Source: Tubiluchus corallicola
Taxonomy: Eukaryota; Animalia; Priapulida
Reading direction: 5' to 3'
DNA: 64,000 nucleotides
Assembly: GCA_030141605.1 (NCBI GenBank)
Contig: JAQGDQ010000115.1
Location: 248,001-312,000, forward strand
A program made the position numbers and the translations under genes. Positions 13,501-26,700 of this stretch are shown here, in pieces. Each line of letters begins with the position of its first letter. The stretch's first letter is position 1. A model generated the notes under the pieces. That model was not told where the DNA came from and searched no databases. It saw only the letters and a list, made by a program, of their open reading frames with translations.

Positions 13501-15031
13501 CAGTACTGTATATATCAGCCAATTTGGTCATAATGACATTCATGTATTTCCTAGCCAAGCATTTACTAGTATAATTGCTTGTGTAAGGATTATGCGGCCA
13601 CCTTTATTAGCCTAATGTATTTGTTTGTGTAAGCCTTGCTTCTACAAACATTTACCAGCATCTCTTCATCTTCTTTCGTCCTCGTTGTTTGTGGTTTATT
13701 TACAGAAAATTGCTTTTTAAGTCATGTAAAATTTGCTCATGACACTTTTCAACGTATATATTACCATGGACATCCTAGAAGTTGATTAAGCACACGGCAC
13801 GCTCACTTGTTTTTAATTGATATGTACAGCTAGTTCCATGGGATTCTTAATGCAAAAAACGCAACTGAATTGCCGATGAGAGGCAAATACAGAAGTCCAG
13901 CTGCTATGTGCGCCATTGTCAGTCTTCTTGAAGAGCTTCCCTGAAGTGAGTTGAGAGGGTTATTCGGGCTTGGTCTCATGGGCTTCGGAGATGGTTTCAA
14001 GTGATACATCACGGATAAAATGGGAGTAAACAAACACTACTGTAAAGAGGCGCTTGTTTTATATAATAATGTCCCCTAACTCTTACAAGTGTCTCAAAGT
14101 GGTACCTTATATCTCATTTGGTGAGATCTCAGATTTTACTCACTGTATTCTCCCAGTTTGTCTTTCCTTCTTGTGCACATACATTAAGCTTAGGCCATTT
14201 TTGCGTGAACTGGCCTTCACCTTGCAATCTGTTCCTTGTGCATCGTAACACCAAGTGGCATTAATTTATGGCAAAAAACGTCATTGTTATGCACTTTTAT
14301 TTTTCCAACTATGAAGGTTCAGTGAAAGCACATATGAAACTTGCGGGGTTCTGTACTCCAACATGGTTAAGAACCGTTGCTATAGATTTTTGTCTTTTAT
14401 TACTGCTTTGTGATTGTTTTTAGCATCTCTACACTGTAGATTAGTGAAGTTTTATGAAAAATGCATGACATCACTGAATAATGTTGTTAAAGCTATTTCG
14501 AATGGTCTACAACTCTGGGTTTTAATTTATGTTTAATTCTCAATCCTTGTACTATTATTTTTAATTTAGCAACTGTGACATGTAGTATGATATAAAAGCA
14601 ATTACCTTCTGTCAATTTATCAGTAGCTAATGAATTACGATTTAATGCTAGTCATTTACCTGGTTTTTAATAATCAGGAAACTAAAAGTATTTTAACTTG
14701 CATATTAACGTACTAATTTATCTTTTTTGTAATTATTTTTTTGTAGCTGTGCTAACATGGTCTAACTTTTTGTGCTTTTGTATTGCTTTAATTTTTTTTA
14801 TAAAATAAGTATTGAACTGTGTTTACGTAATAAGTTGTACTATGTACTTATTATCACATATTAAGTGATATTAACAATAATAATAATAATAATAAATTCT
14901 GCTTGCATGTGGATAAGTTGGATAAGATGCATCTTTCATTTTGCAGATACAGACCAAAGAAGAAGAAGAAGAAATCAGAAGATCAGCATGACGAGAACTT
15001 TGATGATGACCAAAAAGACGTTTTATCATAG
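489..15031 (+). CDS. UBLCP1: Ubiquitin-like domain-containing CTD phosphatase 1 (339 aa, 9 coding exons)
   Basis: Exons 489-648, 3686-3777, 4633-4721, 5742-5857, 6169-6267, 7245-7381, 9051-9164, 12858-12985 and 14947-15031, all GT-AG, join in frame (1020 nt). N-terminal UBL domain ([14 protein letters not shown]...[10 protein letters not shown]), FCP/SCP-type HAD motif [12 protein letters not shown], then [37 protein letters not shown] and a Lys-rich C-terminus. Confidence 0.95.
860..1400 (+). mobile_element. Degenerate non-LTR retrotransposon RT fragment
   Basis: YVDDI-like catalytic motif (tatgtggatgatatt, about 959-973) followed by frame-broken RT-like segments ([12 protein letters not shown]; ILFKTETW). 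Confidence 0.55.
1400..2160 (+). mobile_element. CR1/L2-type LINE RT C-terminal remnant
   Basis: [27 protein letters not shown] and [16 protein letters not shown]...LEKTQ, typical post-RT segments of CR1/L2/Jockey-group LINEs, with frameshifts. Confidence 0.75.
3852..4319. mobile_element. hAT-like MITE
   Basis: Imperfect terminal inverted repeats cagtggctgctc ... gagccaccactg; no ORF; TSD not clear. Confidence 0.55.
4888..5428 (+). mobile_element. TTAA-flanked (Kolobok-like) MITE family A, copy 1
   Basis: Begins ttaaggaaaagg. The internal sequence (cattggaagaagaatggg...gaggcgcttat...ttattactaaatccttcta...agaaggcttggcc) recurs, wholly or partly, at 7703, 48436 and, reverse-complemented, at 59785. 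Confidence 0.7.
6348..6928. mobile_element. TTAA-flanked MITE family B
   Basis: Ends ttaaaggtcaaat ... atttgacatttaa form an imperfect inverted repeat that includes TTAA. Confidence 0.5.
7457..7516. repeat. (CT)n(AT)n compound microsatellite
   Basis: Directly visible. Confidence 0.95.
7703..8802 (+). mobile_element. MITE family A copy 2, interrupted by insertions
   Basis: TIRs ctaaaggaaaggtcaagt ... acttgacctttcctttaa; internal similarity to 4888-5428. Confidence 0.75.
8402..8760. mobile_element. hAT-like MITE nested in family A copy 2
   Basis: Ends cagggccag ... ccggcctta; 8-bp flanks aaaataag / gaaacaag (6/8 match); the host element resumes immediately afterwards. Confidence 0.6.
9351..9997. 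mobile_element. hAT-like MITE with subterminal tatcg repeats
   Basis: Ends tgggatg ... catcccta; 8-bp flanks tattgatt / tgttgatt (7/8 match). Confidence 0.65.
10908..11432 (+). pseudogene. Truncated rhodopsin-like (class A) GPCR, TM1-TM3 only, nested in UBLCP1 intron 7
   Basis: N-glycosylation sequons (NIS, NTS), TM1 [14 protein letters not shown]2 FLACLAATD, Cys at the start of TM3, DRH in place of DRY followed by [10 protein letters not shown]. No TM4-7 in frame before the stop. Confidence 0.75.
12093..12601. mobile_element. hAT-like MITE (TAGGGTT...-type TIRs)
   Basis: tagggttcccagat ... atctggcaatccta, with subterminal (t)acgggac repeats; degenerate 8-bp flanks gctctgca / actccgta. Confidence 0.7.
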
Positions 15032-15333
15032 CAGATAGTGGCTAATATTCTAGAAGTCAACTAGAGGTCAGAAAGTTGCATTACGGTTCTGCACAGAGGT
15101 TCTCCATAAAAAACTGCTAGTCTTTTCATGAGAGCAGTTACTTACATTACAACTAATGGAGTTGGATGATAGTTTTAACTTAGTGAAGGGAAAAGTGGAT
15201 TTTTGGAGTTACCCTTACTGACAAACAGGCAGAAGCAAGAGGATTGTATCTTTGGCAAGAGGACAGAAATCTAATGATGGAACGAATCCGCAATCTCGCA
15301 ATTGAACCAAGAGGAAAGAAGTGTGAAAAGGTC

Positions 15334-16078
15334 TGGTCGAGTCTAGATTTGAACCAGTTACTTTTGAATTACATGTCCAATGTTTTAGAAGACATTTCTG
15401 ATCAAGGCATTATTTTAATCCTAATAGCTCACCAGTAAATCCAACATTTTCCAGTGTTACTTTATTTACATTAGGTTAATTGCTAACTAATTAGATTTAT
15501 TTTTGTAATTAATTCAAATAACTGGTGAAGTTGAGTTGAAAATTTAATAATATTGCTTCAATCTGATGTTCATTGCATTAATAATATTAAATTTGTGACA
15601 TTTGTAATGCATTAATTATCCATGGACTGTTTTAGGCTCTAAATTAATTACAAAAAAAAACTAATATTATATAATGAATTAGTAATTACGTGAGCATGGG
15701 TAAAATAACATTTGGAAATATGGCTAACTAGCTATTATGATTGGCTTGAGAACTGTCTCAGTGTCAAAGAGGCTATGTGGTCTAGTGGTTTAAGATATTC
15801 AATTTGTTATTAATTCTAAGACACTTGGTTCAAATCTCAGCTCATTACCAACTGCTTCATTATAATTCTTCCTTTCCACTGAATTTTATAACGGTATTGT
15901 CATTCCATCACTAACAGGCTAATTGTGTTTTTTGCAATTAGTTGGTTGTCAGAACTAGTTCTCACTTACGCACATTTACGCAAACATATGTTCACCGAAG
16001 CTTTATTGCGCTTTACATAATGTTTAGTGCAGCTGCTCGCAGTTCAGAAGATCTGGGTTCAAGCCCCAGCATAGGTGC
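15334..16078. pseudogene. Three degenerate tRNA-like segments (15334-15400 minus; 15770-15850 plus; 16021-16078 plus)
   Basis: B-box/T-arm motifs ggttcaaatc and ctggg-ttcaagc-cccag, and an A-box tggtctagtgg; two segments end in acca; none folds into a full cloverleaf. Confidence 0.5.
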
Positions 16079-18222
16079 AAAAACCCTCTTAATATATATT
16101 TTTCAAACCCTCCAAATTTTTCAAAATTATTAATTTATTTAATGTTACATAATCATTTAGTGGTTATTTAATGATTTAAGGGTTAAATTACCTTTAGTAT
16201 TTTCGCTTGTGCTTTGATACTGTTCACTATGTAAAAAACTTGAGTTATAGTCGCATCGGGTCAAAGGTTCTTAGGGACATCTAATTTATTTTGCTGTTGA
16301 ATATCTATAACAGATTACTTAAAATAAATGTGACTGCATTTGGACAGGTGTGGCATCAGCGTCAGTTAGCTGTAGGTCAAAAAGTCCTATATTATTTGCT
16401 TGCTTTCTTACTGAGGGTATGACTTACTAAGAATATTGGCATTGCTGCCGCTCCCAAAAATGGCTCTCCTTTTAAGATAAACGTTTTAATATAATTGCAT
16501 AAGCCTGCTGGAAAAGTTTCGACTTGTACAAATGTGTTGTGGATCTGACAACTGTCACTGAAAAGACCGAGTTATTATTCCCAAAATAAATTTGTATAAA
16601 TTTGTCATGCAAATTACATCATTTGTATATTTTAATCTGGCATTCATAATATTATCATTCTGTGTGACATTTACATTTTGTAGCTGCACTTATCAATGCA
16701 TCTTGTTAAAATTATCATTAACGTAGACCAGATTTTTTGTATAAGTTGTGTTCAAATTGTCATTAACGTAGAACAGATTTTTTGGATGAGCTGTGAGGAT
16801 ACTTGAGAAAACAATACCTTGCATATCTTCTTTATGGAAACAATTGCAATAGTAAGTTCAAATTAATATATTTTTGCATTGGCTAACTGTACAGTTGTGG
16901 TTTATGTTGTTTTTTAAACAGTTTTATTTATGTATTATTAGACATCAAAACGATGAAACATCTAAAACAGATAGCTGTAGCGGTGTTGGGTAAATTACTT
17001 TCAAAGTGTTGTAATATAATAATTACCAACTACTTCCTCAAAAATTAATGAATTACTACAATTACTCCAGCAGAATAGTAATCGCATTACAATCACAATT
17101 ATATTTCCAAAACTGAAAAGTAGCGAGTTATTCACTACAGTTACACCTGTAATAATGGCATCACTAAATATTAGTGAATGACAACTGTTAAATACTATTG
17201 TACTGTTAAAGCTCAGCTTTATAGGTTGATGTGCAATATTGTAACAGCATTTTGTATTTGCAAATTTGAGAACTGAGGAAATCCAAATAGCTAACTTGAC
17301 TCGTGCATTCCTGGTACTGGAAATGGTGAAACTGAAATGCCAATATTGCCAAATAACATTGCCTTTGACCTTGAAAATTAGTAAGGCATTAAATTAGGAA
17401 CCTCTTGTGTTGTATCTCTGAGGCCCAAGACCTTTAAGGCTTAACCAGCGACTGAGCCTGAAACAAAACTATTCAGAGTCTAGATGTGTATCGGATCATA
17501 ATGCAATCATTGGCTGGCCTGAGTGACCTTGACCCCAAAAATTGACCTCAATATTCCTAGTGTCAGATTCTTGCATGACATCTTAATGGTAACTTATGCA
17601 AAGTCAGTTTAACAGGCATAGCACTATCACGTGAAAGCCTAGTGTAACACAATTGAGTCCTGACCTTGTTTGATTATGAGGCTCACTAGTGTATTAAATT
17701 TGGTTGTACTAGTACACAGGCTACATCTACATGTTACTGAGAGCAAATCAATCATATTTGTGCACGAGTAGTATGGCAGGAAAGAAAATAAAAATAAAAT
17801 AAACTGTGAACTTTGACCTCAGTAATTAATGGAACCTTATTCACGCATTAAACAACTATCCACTCAAAAGTTCTAATCAAAGAAGTATAGAAGTTTACGT
17901 GACACTGGCTCTTGATTTGCTCACGAATAATTTAACTCGGGAATTTTACCCCCTTGCCCAGTATGGAATGCAATCTAGCAACAACTACGTCAGAGTCGCA
18001 TACCACTCACTAGAATACTACTCCGTGAACTTGTAGCAGACTATTCTTTAACTGGTATCAAAGAAAACCAGTTTCATATAACTTCATGGTCACTGACCAG
18101 ACTAATAATAATACGATGCTGCTATTAACAGCAGTGCAGCGATTCCGTGCATTTAATCTGGTAGACCTAGCTCTTAGTTGACTGTGATATGCTTGTGATA
18201 ATATCTTCTGTGTGAAAAAGAA

Positions 18223-20800
18223 ATGCTGACAAAAAAGCAAACGGGTGTTATATTTTTGACGTTTTGCATAAGCGTGGCGTCGACATGCCTGCTGGCAGCC
18301 GCTTTGGGCACAGGTTTTTGGGTGGTGTCGTCGCCTCGTCGTGAAGTAGAACAGCTGGGAGTGAATGTGAGGAGTTCTGAAAGCGAAGAAAAATTCCGCG
18401 GCACCCTGAACTTAGGCTTGTTCCACGGTCGCAAGGTTTTTGACAGCGGATTTGGAACCTCTGGCCGCCCCACAGATATTGACGGTAGGATTTTGTGTAA
18501 TTTTGTGAAAATTGGAAAAATTCTATTTTTCGTCTTGTGCAAAAATCTTTACGAGGAGGCATTAAAAAATAAAAAAAATAAAATTTTCACTACAATAACA
18601 ATAAGATGAACTACAATTACTACAACACTAGTACTTACTTCTGCTGCTGTCACTGTTGCTACTACTACTGTTACTACTTCAGGGTGGTTGACTTTGGTAA
18701 CTTTTAGTTTTTCGCCACCCTTTAACCCATCACTTGATTATCTTTAACTCAGATAATTTGTTCATTTAATAATTTTGTCACTTTATATCATATTATCGTT
18801 TCATGCTCTGTGTTTTTCTTGTAAAAAGGTGATTAATAAAAGATACTTATTTACTTACTTACTGCTACTACTGGTTATTGTAATTAAGCTCTGCTCGAAA
18901 AATTAATTACCGTTATTCTTCTTCATAAATCTAGCACATTATTAAGTGTAGGGACTAATCCACTAATATGACACACTGAACCAGCAGGGGTGCCATGTTC
19001 ATGTACATTCCCCTCAATGTCAGAACAGATCATGTACTGATTGTTTTAGTTCATTGTTTGCATGGAACAGTTTAGTTGTAAAGTAAATTTGTTTCTAGTG
19101 TATGGCCAGTATTTAAACCAGCCCCCTGCACACATAACAATGAATAAATGATCTTCTGCGGGCACAGCAGTTAGTAAATAAATGGCCATAACCACTAGTA
19201 AAGTAAATCTATCATTTACAGATTAAGCCTCGTTTTGATTCAGCTGGCTGAGCCTTATTTGTGGGCAGCTATTCATACTGGATTGGTTGTATGTAGGCGC
19301 TGTCTTCTAGGCTTATTAGTGCTCTCACACTGAAACAGTTTGTCTAGCTGTACTGCTTGTTTACTTAGCTTTGTGAGCAGTCTTATTGCCAGTGTTGTGA
19401 TTTTCCATAACTACTGGTAAACTAAATCAATCGTTTACAGAATAAACTATACTCTTTAGCCATGCTATTTTGAAAAGGCCTTTTATATGGATCGGAATAC
19501 ATTACAATGCCATGTGTAGTTTAGAAAAGCCAATTTTAAAACCCAGAACACCAAGTTATAAACCTATAATTCTGTTCGTGTTGCAAAATAGAAAACAGCA
19601 TAGGTCAGAAGAAAACGCTGAGGCAGTTACAAAATTTTTGTAGGAGCTCTGGGAAAACTCCTTGAGGTGCTTAAACCAGGTGCTTTATTAGGCTGAATCC
19701 CCTAACATCATTGAAAAAGGTACTGTTTGTAAAGTACTACTTGCAACAGTTCCGTGTTGACTTGTACAAATTTAATTAATTTAATTTATTTTTTTAGTCG
19801 TAAAAACTTATGCTGAAAAAGGTGTTTTTAACTATGGCCTGTGGATCTGTACAGTGGTGTTCGTTTCGCTTGGCATACTGTGGGGTTTCATATCAGCTGT
19901 GTTTTCCATGGTCAACAGTATTGCCAACCCCAAATCAGCTGTGATAGGACCCTTCGGTCTTTACTTATGGAATGGGTTAGCATGTAAGTAGTTACTTTAA
20001 CGGCAAAGATCTTTGTTAAAGTATGCCTTGAAAATTTCTTAAACAAAGTAAACCGATATCCGACAGCTACTGGTGCTTTCATTTCTTGAAAAGTCCAGTA
20101 GCAAAAATTTTTTATTACATATTTAGACAGTTTGTACCAAAGGAAAAAGTTGCCATGATACTGCATTTGTGCACTACCCATTTTTTTGTATATCTTCCAT
20201 TAAATGTTAGACTTATTGTTAACATTTTTTGTGATTTCATACTTAATTTGCCAAACTTCAGGTATTTCAAAGTACTGTAACTAGAAATGCCACTGCTGGT
20301 TGGGCAGCTATAAAGGATGAACTTTGGACTCATTGGGAATTTGGTGGCCTACTGATCTAGGCATCTGTGCTGCGAGCAGTAGGTCCCTAGTACTTATCCA
20401 GATTGTATTCCGTCTTTTTTCACATTTTCCTTCTTTCAAGTTCCGTATTGAAATTTAATTGTGGGTGTGAACCATCAGGAATGTCACACTTTAACTTTGT
20501 ATAACATAAGTTTTGGTATTTACAGGCTTTCTAACCCTTGTGGCCGTGGTAATGTTTGTGGGTTTATATTACAAAGACCTCAAGGAAAATGTGCTTAGTA
20601 TTAGTGACAGACAAAATCTCTGGACGTCGGTCGATCGTTCCTGGTTCGGAATGTCATTTTGGCTAGCCGTTGCTGCCTGCATCGGTTTTGCACTCAATGT
20701 CATCCTCGTAATGATAGCCGGCGTGCAAGTCAAACCCTTCTCCTCAAAGTCTGGCAACATGGCGGAAAAGAACCAGGGAGACACGATCATAATGTATTAA
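18223..20800 (+). CDS. CLRN: Clarin-family tetraspan membrane protein (240 aa, 3 exons)
   Basis: Exons 18223-18484, 19798-19983 and 20526-20800 join in frame (723 nt). Motifs ALGTGFWV, GTLNLGLFHG, GFGxxxRP, NP...GPFGLYLWN, FGMSFWL and C-terminal IMY match the clarin family; four hydrophobic helices. Confidence 0.9.
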
Positions 20801-23750
20801 TAGCCTAAGAAAGAAATGCAAAGACAGGACCAATAATGTATTGACCCAATTGGGAACGAAAACCAGGAGACCACATGACGTATTTATACCGAGTGTATGC
20901 AGAAAAACACCTAGTCGTGGAACAGTAGTAGTTATATTACAATGACTTTGTTGACTACATGCTGAAAACGCCTAGCAAAGAAACAAGTGGGACAATGTGG
21001 CGATACATGGATCCAGCTAGTGATGTGCCAGAAAAACGCTAGCGAGTGAATAAGAATTAGCTGTGAAGACAATATCATAACCAGAAAGATTTTACTAACA
21101 TTTTATTATCCATGAAAATGAGATTTTACTCCAGATTTACAAGCAAAAAACAGACTAAAGAGACCCCTACATGAAAAATAAACAACTAATAGACCTGTAC
21201 AATTGCAGGTTAAAAAATACATAACACGTATGTTTACAAGGCAATATGAATATCTGCTACAAAAAATAATTGTAAATTGTTTTAGCAAGTGTTTTAGTTT
21301 ATATGTTACCTGAAGTTCACAGCCACACCACGGGCGTAAAGTAGCATTCGGCTAAGGTTTAGAACTCCCTACACACAAGAAATTAATTTCTGACGAGAAT
21401 TAGGGTTTGGGTTAGGGGCAGGGCATTTAAATTGTGTGAAGAATTGTAAACTTCTTCCTAGCCATTCATATCAGATTCTGTTTCCGTGAAAATGCTCCGA
21501 ATTATCAGTTTTTAGAAATCCTGTATGCACATCAGTAAAGAAAATGAACAATTGTTTGCATTTCCAACTCTGCTTAATGCGTGATTCGTGTACCTTGCGT
21601 GAAGTGTGCCTTTAGTTATAACACAATCTACTAGAGATCGTAATCATGGGTAAAATGACGATGAAAAACAATTTGTACAAATGATTTAAAGAAGGCCGCC
21701 AGTGACAGAGAGCATTTTGTCAATTACACCTCACAGGTACATGATCATTAGACACCGACTGTACTGAGGTCGACTACACGAAGAAACATATCAGTCGTGA
21801 ACTAATTAAATACATACTGGGTAATTAATTAACAGTAACTATAAACTACCAAATGACTGCTAAAGAACAACTTGGTTTTGCACGATTCGCTCTCCCAAGC
21901 TATTACTTTAACAACTTCTAATTATCCAAACCTAAGGATTTATTACATAAAATGTTGGTGCTTGCTAAATTACACGTAAATTACAAAATCGGGAAACAAA
22001 AATAAATCGATACGTTCGCTTAACATAGTAACATAGCTGTCACAGTAACTTACAAATGACTAGATAAAAATATTAGAGAAACGGAAACAACCTAGGCAAC
22101 GTGACGACTAAATTGCAACCGCCTATACCACTGCCAACATATACCAGATGCAGATGGTCAGTCAGAATCTTTAACATATACATACTGCAGAATTAAAGTT
22201 TCACATTCTCTGGACCAAGCAATGTCTATAAATACTTCATGTACATACAATAACAGCCTTGTATAAAAATTAATTTCTTGGCCTTGTATGAAAATCTATT
22301 TCTCTGCTAATAGATGGCTGAAAGTTCGCATATGTAAAATATGAGCACAACAGCATTCATTCCATTGTATCCAATAATAATGCACAAGACATCCAAAAAT
22401 GGTACTAAAGTCATCAAGTCCATGAAGAAAAATGCACATTGTTGAAGTTTCTTAAACATTATTTTAGGTGTACAACGAGCCCTTGCTTAACCATGGCAAT
22501 GGGTTTCAGCATTGTGTAAATCCCCATTTAACAATGGACATTTTACTTAAAAAAACTTAAATTAATGAGTTTTGTTGCTACTAAGCCCTACATATATTTG
22601 AGCAAACAGTCTTTTCATAGCAAACTTGGAAATTCAACGAGTGCCATCAGTAGGTCATGTCTTTCAGTCAAATATGGTCATGTCGTATTCGAATCTGGGT
22701 GGGCAAGAGGCAAACAAACACATAAGCATGACAGACCTCAACAATACAGGAGAAATAAACTTTTATTCCTTAAGGAGGATAGACAATTTCAATGGTAAAG
22801 CAAACTATTTATTGTTAAGTGAGAAGATAAGTCAGAAAAATTCATTGGTGTTGATAGGAACAGCTGCTAAAGCAGGACATATGGTGATGTGTAGAAATCT
22901 GGTATTTTATCAATTCACACAGAATTTTTAAGAGATTCAGTAGCTCAAAAAAGCTGATTGGACAATGATCTTAGACGCTTTTAAACCACAATGTAGGCAA
23001 ATTGTCACCTTCTGATCCACCCGGATTTCCCTGAAGCTAACAAGACCTACATTTCATTCATTACAGAAAGTAACAAACACAAAGGAACGAAGAAATCATA
23101 CAAACCTCACGTCACACATCACAAAAACTATATTCTGTACAAAATATCTCAGAGTAGACAAATGACCTTGCCCATTGTTCAAAGTTAAACCAGTGAACAA
23201 TACTTAAAACACAAATCAAATATCTCTCCATAGGTTTCACTGCATCCAATTTTCCAATTTATCATGTCTTTTATTGTACGAGGCCATTGCGGGAGGTGCC
23301 ACTTAACTAGGTGCTCGTTTTCACTAAAAATTCATATATGATTATCCACAATGTCTGAACTTTCATATATTCATTTTCAGATATATGAGAAAATGAGATC
23401 GGTAAAAATCTCCGCCTTCCATTTTGCAATAAAGAATCTTATAATCACAGGGCACACAAAGCTGCTTGAAGTGTCAAGCCCAAAGTCTTCCAGGTCTACA
23501 CCAAATTGTGATCTGTAAAAGTTTTGTTGCAAGTCCATCTTGCTCCACTTCGCAAACTTTGCGCGGTGTCCGAATTCACAAGTTGATTTGTCATGAAACA
23601 CGAATTACTATAGCTTCGTTAGCGAAACTACAAACGTGAAATTAATCTATAACATTTTGTTGCACTTGCATGAGATTTCCAGCTTGCCAATGCCGTTTCA
23701 GCAAAGGTTTAAAACAAATTGTACAACACAATCAAGTTGCTTCGATATCA

Positions 23751-26700
23751 TCAGTCGGCCTTATTCAGTGGCATGTCGCCGGTCGTCGACGGTGGTGGTG
23801 GGGGTGCTTTTCGATCCTGCCCTCCTGGCCACGATCCGGCAGAGGTCATCGGGGAGTTAGAGAAGTCCTCCTGCTCGTCTATACTATTTGGTTCACATTG
23901 AGTGTTCTCCAGTCTGGTGATAAGACGCTCGTCCTCATCCCCGAACTCTCCACCCATCAATGAGGGCTCACCCACCACCATAACATCCTGCTGACAAAAA
24001 ACAGGAAGTTATTAGCCAAAAATCAATTTTACCATCTTTGCACATTTTTTGTCTTACCCCATATGGCAGATCAGCATGTTTCTAGTGCTAACAACAGTAA
24101 TCATTCTTGAATAAAACTGAATAATATCAAGTATCACTGCATGATATGAGACGTCCACAAAGGAGATGGCTTACTTAAAAGTACTACCATCAGGATTATT
24201 GCTACACGCTAAATTCTATGGTTTGACTATCACACAAGCAGCAGATTTAACTATGTACACATTTCACACAATGACTTTTTGCTTAAGGAAAACTAGTCTC
24301 TATTGAACTGTTGGGCAACTCCTATTCAGCTGAACTTTTATTTCAAGTGAAATTTTACTTATAATTGTTTTGCCAACCCATATTTAAGCAAAATGAGCGT
24401 TAGCAACATGCAGAACAGTTCTTGCTTTCATTCACATCATTTGCATTTAAATATTGCTACATAAAGAAACACATTTTTAAAAAAACAATAAAATCATATA
24501 ATTTCATAAGATAAAAAATTTATATACAGTGACCTAAAACTACCCAAATATTAACAGATACATTGTACTTGAAAATTAAATTTGAAACACCGAATAAATA
24601 TATCAAAAAGAACCTGTTATAAATATTAGTATAGTATAATCTATAATAATTATTCCTCAGGCAACCCAATTTTATTTATGGTATTAGGCAAAACAGAAAT
24701 TTCACAAGCGAAACTTCTGCTCTAAGGCAGGATTGCAGAAAAGCAAAGACAGCCACTACTACCTCTCTATAATGTCCTAGTGAAGGTTAGTAATATGAGT
24801 ACATTATAACATCTAGTCTACATGGCACAGTCAAGCTTAAACAAACAAAACTGCTCTGAATTTTTTAAGCAAGTTGCTGGCAGTTACTTGTTTTGCATAA
24901 CACTTCCCATTTCCGCCAAAAGTAATATTAAATCACATTCCACTGCCACCTATATTTTGTTTCTAAAATCACTTGTAACAAAAAGTTTACGAGCAGAAAG
25001 AGAATACCAGAACCGTGCCATGAGATGATAGACTTATCCTTGTTAACACTATCAAAAAGCCTTCGAAACACGAAGCACAGAGAAGAGAAGTGTAAAAAAG
25101 CAGCAAAGCAGAGCAAAAAGTGCGATGATATGTAAGCAACAATAGACCTGTCAGCTGTGCTTGGGTGGTCTGCCCCTGCCTTTCCTCACATTGCCCTGAA
25201 ATAAAATTGCTTGCCGAAACGGAAAATGCAGCACCTTCCTTCTTAGTTAAAGTTGTTCAGTTTCATTAATGAAATGAACAACTTAGTGTGAAGGAAGCTT
25301 TTGATCTTTTTGCATGCAAAAACCCCAGACTCAGCTGTTTATGAATTGCAAAAAAAACAGACAGTTTAAGGCATGCATGTTGTACTGCATTTAGACAATC
25401 AACAGTACCTTTAGTCTACAGTTTTTGTCGCTAGATGTCACATTATTAGTATTTATTACATTGTTTGACAGTGCTATGGTCAACAGTTGCTATTTACTAA
25501 AATTATCACTGAACTAATAGAAACTACTCCATTTATAGCGTAATGCAAAAGGCACTGCTTAGCCTAAGTATTGGCATCTCTTAGGTTCCTGAAATACACT
25601 GATTAAGTAGACGTATCTCTGCCTGGACAGAGGATAACTTACACAAGAAAATCTTCACTTTTTTTCTGTCCCATGATGCATCTTTTGTTTTTGTACATTA
25701 CTTACCATAAATTCAATCTTGATTAACAAAAGTTATTAGGTTTTTCTTTAAGAGTTCTGTTTAATAATTGATTCCTACATCCAATGTTTAACAAGAATAA
25801 CAAATCAGTTCTTCACAAAAATTGCAACTTAATTCAGATGTTATTCATTTCAGCATTTCATGCACTGACTGAACAGAACAAAGTCAATCCAAAGACTTTT
25901 TTCAACTGAGAAAGCAAATCTGGTTTAGGCTTGCAGCACTTGCTAAACTTCATCATCCACTCATATTCTGTTTTTAGGAAAGCAGGCTACTCATTCTTTT
26001 GACAGCTGTAACAGGACCAGGGTTTAGCTCATCATAAACAATAATCTTCTAAAATGAGACAGTGAAATGAAGGACTGGTCTTAGCCACATTCTGATGCAA
26101 GTTACGTCCTCCTTTATAAGGCAGATAGCTGAGGCATTATGACAGATCAAACTACTCAGAAGCCATTTTCCTGGCGGTCACCTATCCTTTCACTAACCAC
26201 TTCTAGGGTTATTTCATTTTAATCGTTTAGTATATGCCATAATGACTTAAGTTAAATAAAACTGCAAAATATTTTAAAATTAAGAAAACATTTTTGTTAT
26301 TAGGCAAACATTTGCTTTAACCCTTTTTAATGCTTTGCCATGGCACACACTTTCCATGCATAATCGTCAGTAAAATTTCCATGCACCACAAGCACAGGCA
26401 ATGCAAGGGAACTTGTTTGGTAAATTTATACTTAAATATTAATGCATTAATCGTTATGAATTTGCGAGTAATATACAAATACATTGAAATACAGTAGAAC
26501 CCTGACTATTATTATGCATACTAAATGACTTTTCTTGCATTGGGTAGACTGGTAGTGCTGTAAGGCTTGTTAGCAGAGAGTAACTTTGAGTGTCAAAGTA
26601 GTGGGAAGGACCTACATAAATCCTACATATCATCTGGTTTAGCATATAAGTTGCTGTGTCACATTTTGCTGCTACATCTATCAATTGAGGATTTCAAATC

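Noticed and set aside
15770-15850. Functional tRNA gene
   Set aside because: The acceptor and anticodon stems do not pair; only the A and B boxes remain.
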